This document shows positions 23,688 to 34,892 of a stretch of DNA of 64,000 nt, piece after piece. Position 1 is the first letter of the stretch, and every line of letters begins with the position of its first letter. Source of the DNA: Scenedesmus sp. PABB004 (Eukaryota). The position numbers and the translations under genes are program-made. Location: positions 868,001-932,000 of the forward strand of contig JABVCE010000012.1 of assembly GCA_014905635.1 (NCBI GenBank), given 5' to 3'. The notes below the pieces were generated by a model that was not told the origin of the DNA, made no database searches, and saw only the letters and a program-made list of their open reading frames with translations.

Positions 23688-26600
23688 TCAGCAGGCCTCT
23701 GCCACCTCGGCGTCGACCCAAATGAACGGCGCGCAGCCGCTCTCGCACAGGCAGCTCTCCACGCCGAGGCCTGCCACCGCCAGCGGGTTGGACAGCGGCG
23801 TGGCCACCGGCGTGACGCCGCTGCTGCGCTTGTTGACGCGCTCGGGGCAGTACGTCGGAGCCTCGCCGCACACTGACTGCACGCGCGCGTTGGAGAGTGC
23901 AAAGCCGGGCGCGGCGGTGAAGGAGCCGACCACCTTGCCGCCCACGCACGACACCGTGGCGGAGCCGACGGTCTTGGACTGCTGCGTGATGTCCGCGGCA
24001 AAGGGGAAGCAGGCCTCGCCCTTGAGGACGTTGCACGCCATCACGGTGCAGCTGCCGCCCCGCACCGGCACGACCGTGCCGGTCCACAGGCTGGCGCTCG
24101 TGGCTGCGGGCTTGCTGTCGCCAAAGCCGAGCGGGCAGACGCCGCCGCCGCTGGGATTGACGGGGAAGGGCGACGCCGTGCAGCACTGGGTGCTGGCGGC
24201 ACTGCAGGCGCCGCCGATGCTGACGAGCTGGTTCTTCAGCGCGGCGCAGGTCCGGTCGAGCACGCCGCACGCGGTCGCCTGCGTGAGCTGCGACGTGACG
24301 TCCTTGGTGATCTGAGGCAGCTGCACGTTCGCAAAGTCAGCAGTGACGCCGTCAAAGGTCACAGTGAAGCAGACCTCCACGCCGGCGGGGCCCTGCGGGC
24401 GGCGGCGCGGGCAGCGCGGCGCGGCAGCGGCGTGTGAGGGGGCGGGAGGGGGCAGCGTGCACGTGCTGCGCAGAGCAGGCAGAGGGCTGGCACTCCACGG
24501 CGGGCGCTCACGCGCCAGCCCCGCTCCCGCACAGCAGCCCTCACCTTGTCGACGCACTGGCTCGTGGTGCTGTTGACCTGGTGGCTGGCCGTCGTGCGCT
24601 TGGTGAGGGCGGCCGCGCGGCGGGACACGTCGTCGCGCACGCCGCCCGCCAGCGCGGTGCCCAGGGTGCCGCGCGACAGCGAGGCGCAGGACAGGTCCAC
24701 GATGCCCAGGGCCTTGGTGAGCAGCAGCGACATCTGCATGCTCGCGGTCGTGAGGTTGGTGAACCACGAGAGCTGCGCCTTGCCGCCGTTGGGCGCGGCT
24801 GAGTTGTCGGTCGACGACACGGCGCGCCCGGCCGTGGACGTGGTCGCCGCGGTGACCTCGGCCGTGATCACGTCGGGGCGGACCACGCTCGCCTTGGCGC
24901 GGCCCTGCACGTTGGTGCGGCCCCGCACGACGCGCGTGGTGCCGTCGGCAAAGGTGAACGTGAAGGCGATGGGCCGGCGCGGCACGGGCTTGCCGCCCTC
25001 GGTGTAGAGCGCAGACACGGTGATCGTGGTCTTGACCGGCACGCGCGCGTCGGGCACGAGGGAGAGCGCCAGCAGCGGCTCGGGGCCGGCGCCAAACCAC
25101 TCCACGCGGCTGGACCCGCCCTTGTCGGCGGCGCCGTCGCCCTGCGACACAGAGCTGACGGCCACGCCCCGGCTGCTGGTGGTGCGCGCGGTCACGGTCG
25201 CGATCACGGCCTTGGGCTGCACCAGCACGATGGTCGCGACGCCGCCGGCGCCCGTGGCGGCGGTCTGGCTGTCCTTGGTGCCGTCGGTGTAGGTGATGGC
25301 AAAGGTGATGGCCTGGCCGCGCACCGCGGCGCCCTCCTTGTAGGTCGCGGACAGGGACACGCGCGTGTTGATGGGCACCCGCGCCGAGGGCTTGAGCGTC
25401 AGCACCAGCGTCTCGGCTGCCCAGCGGATGGCGTTGGGGCTGGCCGGCTCCAGGTAGGCCGTCAGCGGCAGCCCGCTGCCCCTGCTCTGCGTGGACGCGG
25501 AGACCAGCTTCAGCGTCACCGCCTTGCTGCCCGCGACCTGCACAATCGCGATGCCCTGCTGGTTGGTGATGCCAGAATAGATCGGCCCCTCGGGCGCGAG
25601 CGACTCGGGGTTGACAAGCTGGAAGCTGATGGGCACGTTGGGCTTGGGCTGGCCGTTGACGCGGTACAGCGCCTGCACCGTCGCGGGCTCGCCCACCGAC
25701 ACGAGCGGCTCCAGCACCGACAGGATGAGCTCCTCGCCGCCGGGCGGGTACCAGGTGATGGTGGTGAAGCTGGCGTCGGGGCTGGCGCCCGCGCCGACAG
25801 ACACCGACGACACGGGCTTGTTGCGCGTGCTGGTCGTGGTCGCGCGCACGGTCGCAGAGTCGTCGGTGGTGGCGTCCCTGCTGAGCGGCACGCAGGCCCG
25901 GCCGCTCGCGTCGGTGGTGCCGGTGAGCGACGCCTTGGCGCCGCCGGCCCACACGACCGCAAACGTGATGGTGCGGCCCGCCACGGAGCCGCCCTCGGTG
26001 TACTCGGCGCACACGGTCGAGGGCGTGCCGATCGGCAGGCGCACGTTGTCGGGGGAGATGGTCAGCCGCTGGTCCACCCAGGTGATGGAGGGCAGGCTCC
26101 CGAGGTTGAGCGTGTGCTTCACGATGCTGCCGCGGCTGTTGGTCGTCGAGCAGGCGGCGTTGCGCACCAGGGGCACGTCGCTGGCGTCCACGCTCACGCG
26201 CGCCACGCCCAGGTCGTCCGTGAGGGCCGAGTAGGTGCGGCCCGCCGGCGCACCGGTGTTGGGGTCGGACAGGCTGAAGGAGACCTGCGCGCCCGCGACG
26301 GCCTTGCCGTCGACGGTGTAGAAGCACTGCACGGCCGCCCTGTCGCCCACGGGCACCAGCGGGTCCAGCACCGACAGCATCAGCTCATCAGTGCCGGTGG
26401 GCTCAATTGGGTCCGCGTACCACTCAATGCTGACCGCCGACGAGGAGACCGGCTTGCCGTTGACAGCCGCAGACGCGGTCACGGTTGCGGTGCGCGGCAC
26501 GTCACGGACCAGGTCCAAGGTAGCCACGCCGCTCGCGGAGGTGGTGCGCGACGGCGTGGCGCTGGTGCCGTCGTCGTAGTCAACGGCAAAGCGCACGCCG

Positions 26601-29600
26601 CTGCTCGCCACGGCCGCGCCGCCCGAGGTGAGTGTGGCCGACACGGTAACGGTCGTGCGCACAGGCTCGCGGGCGCTGGGCACCAGCACCAGCACCAGGC
26701 CCAGCTCCGGGTCAGGGCCAGGCGCAGGCGACGACGTGGGGGCCGGGGAGGCCTCCGGCTTGGGCGACGGCGGCGGCACCACCACCGGGGGCGCGGGGCT
26801 GGGCGACGGCAGCGCCGGGGGCGGCGAGTTGGGCGGTGCAGGGCTAGCCGGCGGCGTAGGCCCAGGCGACGGCGTAGGGCCGGGAGGCGTCGGCCCCGGG
26901 GGCGGGTTGGGCGGGTTGGGGCCCGGCGGAGGCGCCGGCGCTGTCACCCAGGTGACGTCGGGGGGGCTGCCGTTGGTCAGCGAGCCGGTGACGGAGTTGG
27001 TGCCGCTGCAGACGTTGCTCGTGGCAGCAAACGCATTGTAAACCACGGCCGTGGCGCTCGCGGGCACAGTGGCGGTGCAGGCGCCGGTCGCGTCCGTGAC
27101 GCACGTGCAGGTCTGGGCGGCGACCACGGTGTTGGAGTTGGGCAGCTTGAACGTGAACGTGATGGTGGCGCCCGGCGCGGGGTTGCCGCTGCAGGTGAGC
27201 GATGCCGACACCGACGAGGTCTGCCCCACCGTCTTGCTGGGCTGCAGCACCGTGTACACCAGGGAGGGCGCTGCCACCCAGGTGACGTCGGGGGGGCTGC
27301 CGTTGGTCAGCGAGCCGGTGACGGAGTTGGTGCCGCTGCAGACGTTGCTCGTGGCAGCAAACGCATTGTAAACCACGGCCGTGGCGCTCGCGGGCACAGT
27401 GGCGGTGCAGGCGCCGGTCGCGTCCGTGACGCACGTGCAGGTCTGGGCGGCGACCACGGTGTTGGAGTTGGGCAGCTTGAACGTGAACGTGATGGTGGCG
27501 CCCGGCGCGGGGTTGCTGCCGCAGGTGAGCGATGCCGACACCGACGAGGTCTGCCCCACCGTCCTGCTGGGCTGCAGCACCGTGTAGACCAGCGAGTACC
27601 AGGTGAGAGTCGCCGGCGAGGACGTGGCCGCGTTGCCGGAGCTGTCGACGGTAGAGGCGGTGACGGTGAGGGTGACGGGCGTGGCGCGGGTCACCGTCGC
27701 CGTGGCCACGCCGTTGCTGTCGGTGACGGCGGTGACCTGGGCCGGGCTGCCGCTGCTGACGGTGAAGGTGATCGTCTGGCCGGCCACGGGCGCGAGCGTG
27801 TTGGCGCTGGCGCCCTCCTGGTAGGTCGCGGTGACGGTGATGGCGGTGCCGACCAGCTCGGTCGCGCTGGGCGTGAGGATGAGGGCCAGCGAGGTGCTCA
27901 CGCTCGCGGTCGTGGGCAGGCTGAAGGTGGAGGATGTGGTAGGCTGCACGGCCTGCGCAGCAACAAGGCGGCGGGCGCCGGCGCGCGCGCAGGGCGAGGA
28001 TGAGGACAGGGGCAGCACAGAGTGCGCCGCGCCGCGCGCCGCGCTGCGCCCGCGCCGCGCCGCGCCGCCGGGCCGCGCCGGCACGCCGCGCCGCGCGCCG
28101 CCCCGCGCGCGCACCAGGCACACGCCGCTGGGCGGGGTGGTGCCGTCAAAGACGATGTATCCGTTTGAGGTGTAGGACAGAAGGCTGCGCCCCTGCGCCA
28201 CCGCGGCGGGGAGGCCGTCGAGCTCGGGGTATGCCGCGTCGGCGTCGCCCGCGCCAAGCAGCCGGCGGCCGGTGTTGGGGCCAAAGCCGGCGAGTGAGAG
28301 CTGCTGCATCATCTGGGTGCAGTATGTGCACCAGTCGAGGCCCATCGTGACGTCGGCCGACACGTTGCCGGCGTTGACTACGACGTCGGCGAGTCCGGCA
28401 TCCATCGCCTCCAGCATCAGCTCGGCGGTGAAGCAGTCGCACTCGGACGTCCCCGCCGACGATTTGATGGCCTGGGCGGGCGCGCGCGCGCCGCGGCGGG
28501 CGGGCGGGCGGGCGGGCGGGCGGGCGGGCGGGCGGGCGGGCGGGCAGGCGGGCGTCAGCGCGGCGCACGCGCGTGGCCACGCAGCCGGCCGGCGGCAGGG
28601 CGGCGGCGGTGCGCGCACCAGCTCGTCGAGGTAGGTGACGGGGCGGTTTGCGTCCTCGCAGGCCTTGTTCTCGATGTGGTCCTTGAGCACCGACAGCCGC
28701 AGCGCCACGGTGCGCAGGAACGCCTCGCCGCCGAGCTCGGCGAGCGCGGGCATGTTGGCCTGGTCGTTGCAGACCTTGTCCACGTCGGTCTTGGCAACCG
28801 CGCGCGTGAGCTTGCCAAACTGGAGGCCCTGGCCGCGGCCCTTGCCGCCACTCTGCACCACCTGGTTGTTGTTCTGGTTGTTGTTGTTGTTGTTCTGGTT
28901 GTTGTTGTTGGGGCTCAGCAGCGAGCGGCCGGCGTGGGCCGGCGCGGCGGGGGCTTCGAGGAGGCCGCGGGGCCGCCGGGCCCTGCCAGGCTTTCCGGGC
29001 TTGGCACCCAGGAGCGGCCCGGACAGGCCGAGGCTGGCCGGGATGACGGCGGGCGTGCGGCCCTGCAGCGCGTCACACGCGGGCGAGGCGCAGACCTTGT
29101 AGTTGGACGACTTGCCTGCGGCGGTCGGCGGCAATGGTCAGCAATGCGCGCACCGCACACACTGCACAGCGCACGCGCCTGCCCGGCTGTATGCTGGGCA
29201 GGCCCGACGAGGCGGCCTGCCGGGCCAGCGGCGCGGCGCGCGCACCATCGTAGAAGCAGGGCATGCCGTGCCAGTTGAAGCCGTTGTTGATGCACGTCCC
29301 GCCGGGGCAGTTGAGCCAGCCGAAGCAGTGCGGGTCGGTGCAGGTGCCCTGCTTCTGGCACACCGCGCCCGCGACGCCGCGCACGGGGCTGCGCCAGGGG
29401 CGGCGCGGGCGGGTTGAGTCAGCAGGGGAGAGGGGGGCGGTGCTGCGGCGTGCTGCGGAGCGCGGTGCGGCTGGCGCGGCGCAGCCCGCTCGTCGCACCA
29501 GTTGGCGGAGTTGGGGCAGTTGAGCTCCACGTCTCCCAGGGCGTTTGCAATGCAGCTGCTGCTCTTGCAGTCGCCGAGCGGGTCGCAGTTGCCGATGCAC

Positions 29601-31956
29601 GTGCGCGTCGTCGGCGTCTGGGTGGTGTCGATGGTGCAGCGCCCCGGGTAGCCAAACTGATCGACGCCGGTAAAGTCTGACTTGTAGCGCCAGCCGGGGT
29701 AGGTGCAGGCGTTGGCGTCGCCCTTCTTGCCAGACTTGCCGTTGCAGGTGTCCTCGGGGACGGCGGCGGGGGCGGGGCGGCCCGCGGGGGGCGCGCACGC
29801 GGGGTCCCAGCAGACCTTCCAGTTCTGCGGGCGGGGCGGGGCGTGTGCATGTGTGTGTGTGTGTGTGTGGTGTGTGTGTAGGGGGGGGGGGGTGGTGCGG
29901 CGGCAGCGCTTCTGCAGCCACCGCCGGCGCCGCAGCTGCTTTCTCGCCCGCCCGCCCGCCCGTACACGCGAATGCTCACGTTGCTGGCCCCGAGTTGAAA
30001 GCAGGTCGCGCCCTGCCAGGCGGGGCAGGCGGTGCCCTGGCAGTTGACCGTGCCGATGCACTTGAGCGCGTTGGGGCCGTTGCGTGCGGTGCAGTTGGCG
30101 TTCAGCACGCACTCGGCACGGTACGTGTTGTCCTTGACCGGGCACCTGCGCGCAGCCGCCGGCGGCGGCGGCCGGCGGCGGGCGGGCGGGGGCGGCGCGC
30201 GCTCAGCTGCGGCGCGCCGCAGCCGCGCGCGTGTCCCTCTGTCAGCCCCGCGGCGCCCAGTCAGCGGGGGGCCTCGGCACGCTCGCCGCACCTGGCAGAG
30301 TTGGGGCAGTTGGCCTGGTCCGTGCCGAGGCCGTTGGCAATGCAGCTGCTGGTGGGGCTGCGCGCGCGGTCGCGGCGGCGGCGGCAGGGCGGCGTCGTCG
30401 ACGCTCGAGCGGCAGAGCGCGCCCGGCCGGCACGCGCGCGCGCGCGGCAGCGGCGCCCGAGTGGCCGGCGTGCTCACCAGGAGCCGTCGTCGAGGCAGCA
30501 GTTGCCGACGCAGTTGGTGCACGCGGTGTTGTCGGCCTTCTTGCACGCGGGGCCCTGGTAGTTGGCGGGCGCCTGGTAGTTGTACCATGTCGGCAGGCTG
30601 CACGAGTCGGGCGTGTCGGTCTCGGCGGGGTCGGGCCCGCCCGAGCAGGCGGCCGATGAGCAGACCTTCCAGTTGTCGCTGGCGCCGTTGTAGAAGCACG
30701 CAACGCCCTGCCACGCGCCGCAGTCAAACCCGTTGCCGCACTGCACCTTGCCGAGGCACTTGTTGGTGCAGCCCGAGACGAGCGGCACGCACGTGGCGCC
30801 CTTGTCGGCCACGGGGCACTGCGGGCGGGCGGGGGCGCGAGCGGGCGGTGAACGAGGCCGCCTGCAGCCTTGTGGGGCAGCTGCCGCAGCCGCAGCTGCG
30901 CCCCCCTCCCCCCTCCCGCCACCCCCGCCGCAGCCAGCGGTGCCTGCTCACGTTGGCGCTGTAAGGGCAGTTGTTCTCCTCCGTGCCGAGCATGTTGGCC
31001 ATGCAGCTGGACGTGGGGCAGTCGCCCGTGCCGGTCGTCTTGCAGCGCCCCCAGCACGTGCCGGCAGAGCCGCCGCCCCTGCAGTTGGGGTCCTCATAGC
31101 CAGTCAGGGCGCCGGCCCCGCCCACGCGCCACGTCGGCAGCAGGCAGCTGTCGCCGGGGTTGTTGGCGTCGTTCCCAGCGTTGCCCTTGCCGGGGCAGCC
31201 GGCCTTGGGGTTCCTACGTGCGGGGGCGCGATGCGTGCAGGCGCCGCGCGCGTCGGCCCGCCGCCGCGCCGCGCCCCCGCGCGCAGGCCAGCGAGCCGTT
31301 GCCGCGGAGCTGCGGGGCCACGCGCGCGCGCGCCGGCGCCGCCGCGCACCCCTGCGACTTGGGCGTCGTGGTCGTCGGCGCGGTGATGGTCACGGTCGTG
31401 TTGCTGAGGGAGTAAGCCGCGCACATGCACTGCAGCGCCTGCTTGGTGAGCTGCAGGGCGCGGCGCGCGCGCGCGGACGGCGGCGTCCGGTGGCGAGTCA
31501 GTGACGCCGCGCCCCGCGGCCGGGCGCCGTCCACGGCCCGGCGCCGCGTCGCGCGGCCGGGCGCCGCCGCGCTCGCCGGCGCGCCGTGCCGGCGCGGCGG
31601 CCGCGCTGCGAGGAGCGCGCCGCCCCTCCGCGCACCTGGATCGTGCGGTCGGCGGTGCCGACCTGGATGTAGTCCACGCCCGCGCCCAGGCCCTGGGCGG
31701 CCACGAGCTGGTCCCAACGGTACCGGAGCATGCACGACGCGCTGTGCCACTCCGCGCCTCCGGTGACGCAGGCCGAGTCGGGCGTGAACGAGTCCGCCGC
31801 GGTCAGGTCGCAGGGCGCGCAGAGCCAGTCCTCCACGGAGCTGAACTTGTACGAGGTGCAGCGGCACGGCGTGACCGTGGCCTCGCCGCGCGGCGCCGCG
31901 AGCAGCACCGCGGCCAGCGCGGCCAGCGCGGCCAGCGCCGCGCGCGGACGGGCCAT
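23688..31956 (-). CDS. Paralog C: secreted Cys-rich / Big-1-like Ig-repeat protein (9 Ig repeats)
   Basis: Signal peptide MARPRAALAALAALAAVLLAAPRGEA then CRCTSYKFSSVEDWLC. Exons correspond to those of A. Asn/Gln tract. The stalk is nearly identical to A plus one extra Ig unit. Ends FIWVDAEVAEAC-TGA. Confidence 0.85.
23691..27931 (-). repeat. Right arm of the ~3.9-kb inverted repeat (includes an extra 330-bp unit)
   Basis: Reverse complement matches 4890-8798 with scattered substitutions. Confidence 0.92.
26941..27596. repeat. 330-bp near-perfect tandem duplication (one Cys-containing Ig domain)
   Basis: 26941-27266 and 27271-27596 repeat at an offset of exactly 330 nt (e.g. cacccaggtgacgtcgggggggctgc at 26945 and 27275). 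Confidence 0.93.
28497..28553. repeat. (GGGC)n microsatellite in an intron of paralog C
   Basis: Visible in the sequence. Confidence 0.85.
29850..29892. repeat. (TG)n microsatellite plus G-run in an intron of paralog C
   Basis: tgtgtgtg... followed by a run of ~12 G. Confidence 0.85.
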
Positions 31957-32542
31957 GGCCCGGGTACACACGATGCCCAGGGGCACGGGCAGTCTATCGC
32001 GCCGCAGCGCGGGGTCGCGGCAAGTCGTTTCGCGGCGCGGGGCGGTCGCGATGCTCGGCGTGTCGAGGGCTTCTCGGCGCGTGCGTGGGGGCGCGTGCTA
32101 GGCGTCGCGGTGTCGGGTCGGGTCCGCGCGAGCGAAGGCGCGGCGCGGGGCGTGCGCGGGACCAGCCTCTCGGCGTCGGGAAGGGGCGAACGCCCGGGGA
32201 GTGAGGGAGCTGCCCTGCGAACTTGGTCGCGCGCCGGCATGCGCCACGCCCGTCGCGCCGCGACCGCACGCGCAGCGCCAGACCGACTGCGAGCCGTCGT
32301 GGCGCCAGTGCGAACGGGCGGGGGCGCCCTCTAGCGCCGTGTGTCAAGAGCCCGGTGATGCGGCCGTGCTTGCGGCGCGTATGTCGCGCCACGGCGCTGC
32401 ACGCGCGGGGCTGGCGGCACGCCTCGCAGATCCACAAGCACAATCAGACACGCGTGGGCGTGTGCGTACGGCGCTCAGAGGCGGCGGTAGAAACCCGCCG
32501 AGCTACGACACCAGTCGCCGCTGCCGCCGGCCGCGCGGTGAA

Positions 32543-33955
32543 TCAGCCGCCGCCGCTGCAGCTCCGCACAAACGCCGCCGCGCTGCGCACGCTCCACCCC
32601 TGCTGCTCGCCCCACGCGACCGCCGCCGCCTCGAGCTCGTCCCCCGCAGGCGCCGGCGCCGCGTCGGCGCCGCGCGCCGCCGCGAGCAGCTCGCGCACGG
32701 CGGCGAGGTATGCCTCGCGGCCGTCCAGCCCCGGCAGCGCCACCACGAGCGGGCAGCGCGCCACGAGCGGGTCGGAGCGCGAGACCGTGGCGCTCGCCGA
32801 CGCGCCGACGTAAAGCAGCGTGTTGGCCGGCCACCCGGCGCCGCCGGCGCCGCCCAGCCCCGACAGCAGGTCGCCCGCGGCGCCGCCGCGCAGCGGCAGG
32901 TCCACGTGGTCGGCGACGAGGATGAAGTGCAGCCGCGGGTAGCGCGCGCAGCCGCGCGCGATGTCCAGGATGTTTGGCAGCTCGGCGGCGGGCACGTCGA
33001 CGACGCGCAGCCCTGCGTCGCGCCCCGCGAGCAGCGTGCCCTCCCACAGCAGCCAGCTCTTCCCCGCGCCGGGCGGGCCGCACACGACCGCGTGCGCCGC
33101 GGGGCGGCCCGCGCAGTGCGCGCGCGTGTTGGCGGCGAGCGCCTCCCACGGCGCCGCGAGCGCGCGCAGCACGGCGCCGCCGCCGCCGGCCACGGCGGCG
33201 GCCGGCGGCGCGAGCGCCGTCGCCGGGCTCGCGCCCGGCGGCGGCGCGGCGGGCGCGAGCCCGCCCTCGCTCGCCTCCTCGAACCCGCCCTTGCTCCAGC
33301 GCAGCGCCGCGCTGCGGCTGGTGATGCCGAAGCCGTGGGCCTCGTAGTACTGCTGTAGCAGCCCCGCCGCGCCCGACCACGCGGCGTGGCCCGCGACCGC
33401 GGCGCGCCACTGCGCCAGCTCCTCGGCGCCCGCGGGCGGGCCGATGAACGGGCGCGGCGCCGCGCCGGCGGCGCCGCCGCCGGGCAGCACGACGGCCGGC
33501 GGCGCGGGCGGTGCGGCGCCGCCGCCGGGCGGCAGCGCCGCGCCGCCGCGCCGCCGCACCGCCGTCGCGCTCGCCGCCGAGACCCAGTACGCGCCCGCCG
33601 TCGGCGCGACCTCGCCTACGTACTCGGCCAGCATCTCCAGGCTGACCGCGAGGCCCTGCAGCGTGTCGAGGTCGTACGCGACGGCCTGCGGCGCCGGCGC
33701 CGGCGGCGGCGGGAGCTCGGCGGCGGGAGCTCGGCGCCGGCGCGGGCCTGGCGCCGGCGCCGCCCCGGGCTGCCCGCCGGCGCCGGCGCCGCGGCGGCGC
33801 ACCTGCAGGATGGGCGCGCCCGGCTGCACCTGGCCCTGCGCCGCGGCGCGCGCAAACGCGTTGTCGCGGCCCAGCAGGATCTGATCGAGCACGTAGTCCT
33901 GCGAGCGCGCGCGCGGGGAGGGTGTGGTGGGCGCAGGCCGGCGCGGGGGCCCGCC

Positions 33956-33992
<37 letters not shown>

Positions 33993-34580
33993 GCGCGCAG
34001 CCGCCGCGGCGCGCGGGCGCCTCACGGTGAAGCAGTCGTATCCGGACAGCATCAGCAGGTTGTAAAACTTGGCGTACGCGCCCACGATGTCCTGCGCGGA
34101 GGGGCCGGCGGCGGCGGGCGCGGCCGCCGCGGTCGGCACGGCGCCGCAGCGGGCGCGGCACAGCGACGGGGGCGGCGGGCGCGGCGCGGCGCGGCGCACC
34201 TTGTTGCTGGCCTGGTACTTCTGGCTGGCCGCGATGAGCGCCAGCACCGCCTCGCCGACCGCGCCCTTGAAAACGTGCGCGTAGAGCAGCAGGCTCGCGG
34301 CGCGGAGCGTGTACGCCGAAAAGGCCTTTGGCGACAGCGGCTTCGGGGGCGCCGCGCCGCGCGCGCCGCCGCTGCGGTCGTCGTCGTCGCCAAAGTCAAA
34401 GCCCAGCGCCGCGATCCGCAGCGGCGCGCGGGAGCCCGCCGGCGGCCGGCGATCCCGGCGCTGCGGCTGCGCCGGGGCGGCGCCGCAGCACGGCGTCCAG
34501 CGCTGCTGCTGCTGCCGCTCCGCCGCCGGCGAGGAGAAGGCCCGCCCGGAGCCAGCGGACCGCCTAAGAAGCGCGCTCAT
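32543..34580 (-). CDS. DUF815-family P-loop ATPase-like protein, probably organelle-targeted (4 exons)
   Basis: Arg/Ser/Ala-rich N-terminus; SLLLY..VF, DYVLDQIL..DNAF, AYDL..LQ, YY..HGFG, NT......PA..A.V.GPPGAGKS (Walker A), GLRVVDV, FILVADH, WPANTLLY. These resemble cyanobacterial/algal DUF815 proteins, recalled from memory. Confidence 0.72.
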
Positions 34581-34892
34581 TGCCTCCCGGCGGGAAGAGA
34601 GCGCGGCACGGGTGCGGGCGGCGCGGCTGCTGCGTCGGTCGCCGCTGATGCGATGGCTGGCCGCCGCTGATGCGATGGCTGGCCGCCGCTCGGCAGGCGC
34701 GGACTGCGGAAGGGAGCGCGGCTGCTGCTGCTGCTGCTGCTGCTGCTGCGGCTGTGGGACGACTCAGACAACAGCTGCAGAAGCAGGGTTCAGGGGTGTT
34801 GAGCCGCGGCGGCGCGCGATCGCTGCACCCCGTGCGGCGGGCGTGGGCGGCTGCTCGCGTTGCCGCCGGGCCCACGCGCCGCCCTGCGTGGC

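Noticed and set aside
4890..27931. Inverted repeat as the TIRs of a large transposon
   Set aside because: The arms coincide with coding exons and end at stop codons. No transposase or target-site duplication is visible.
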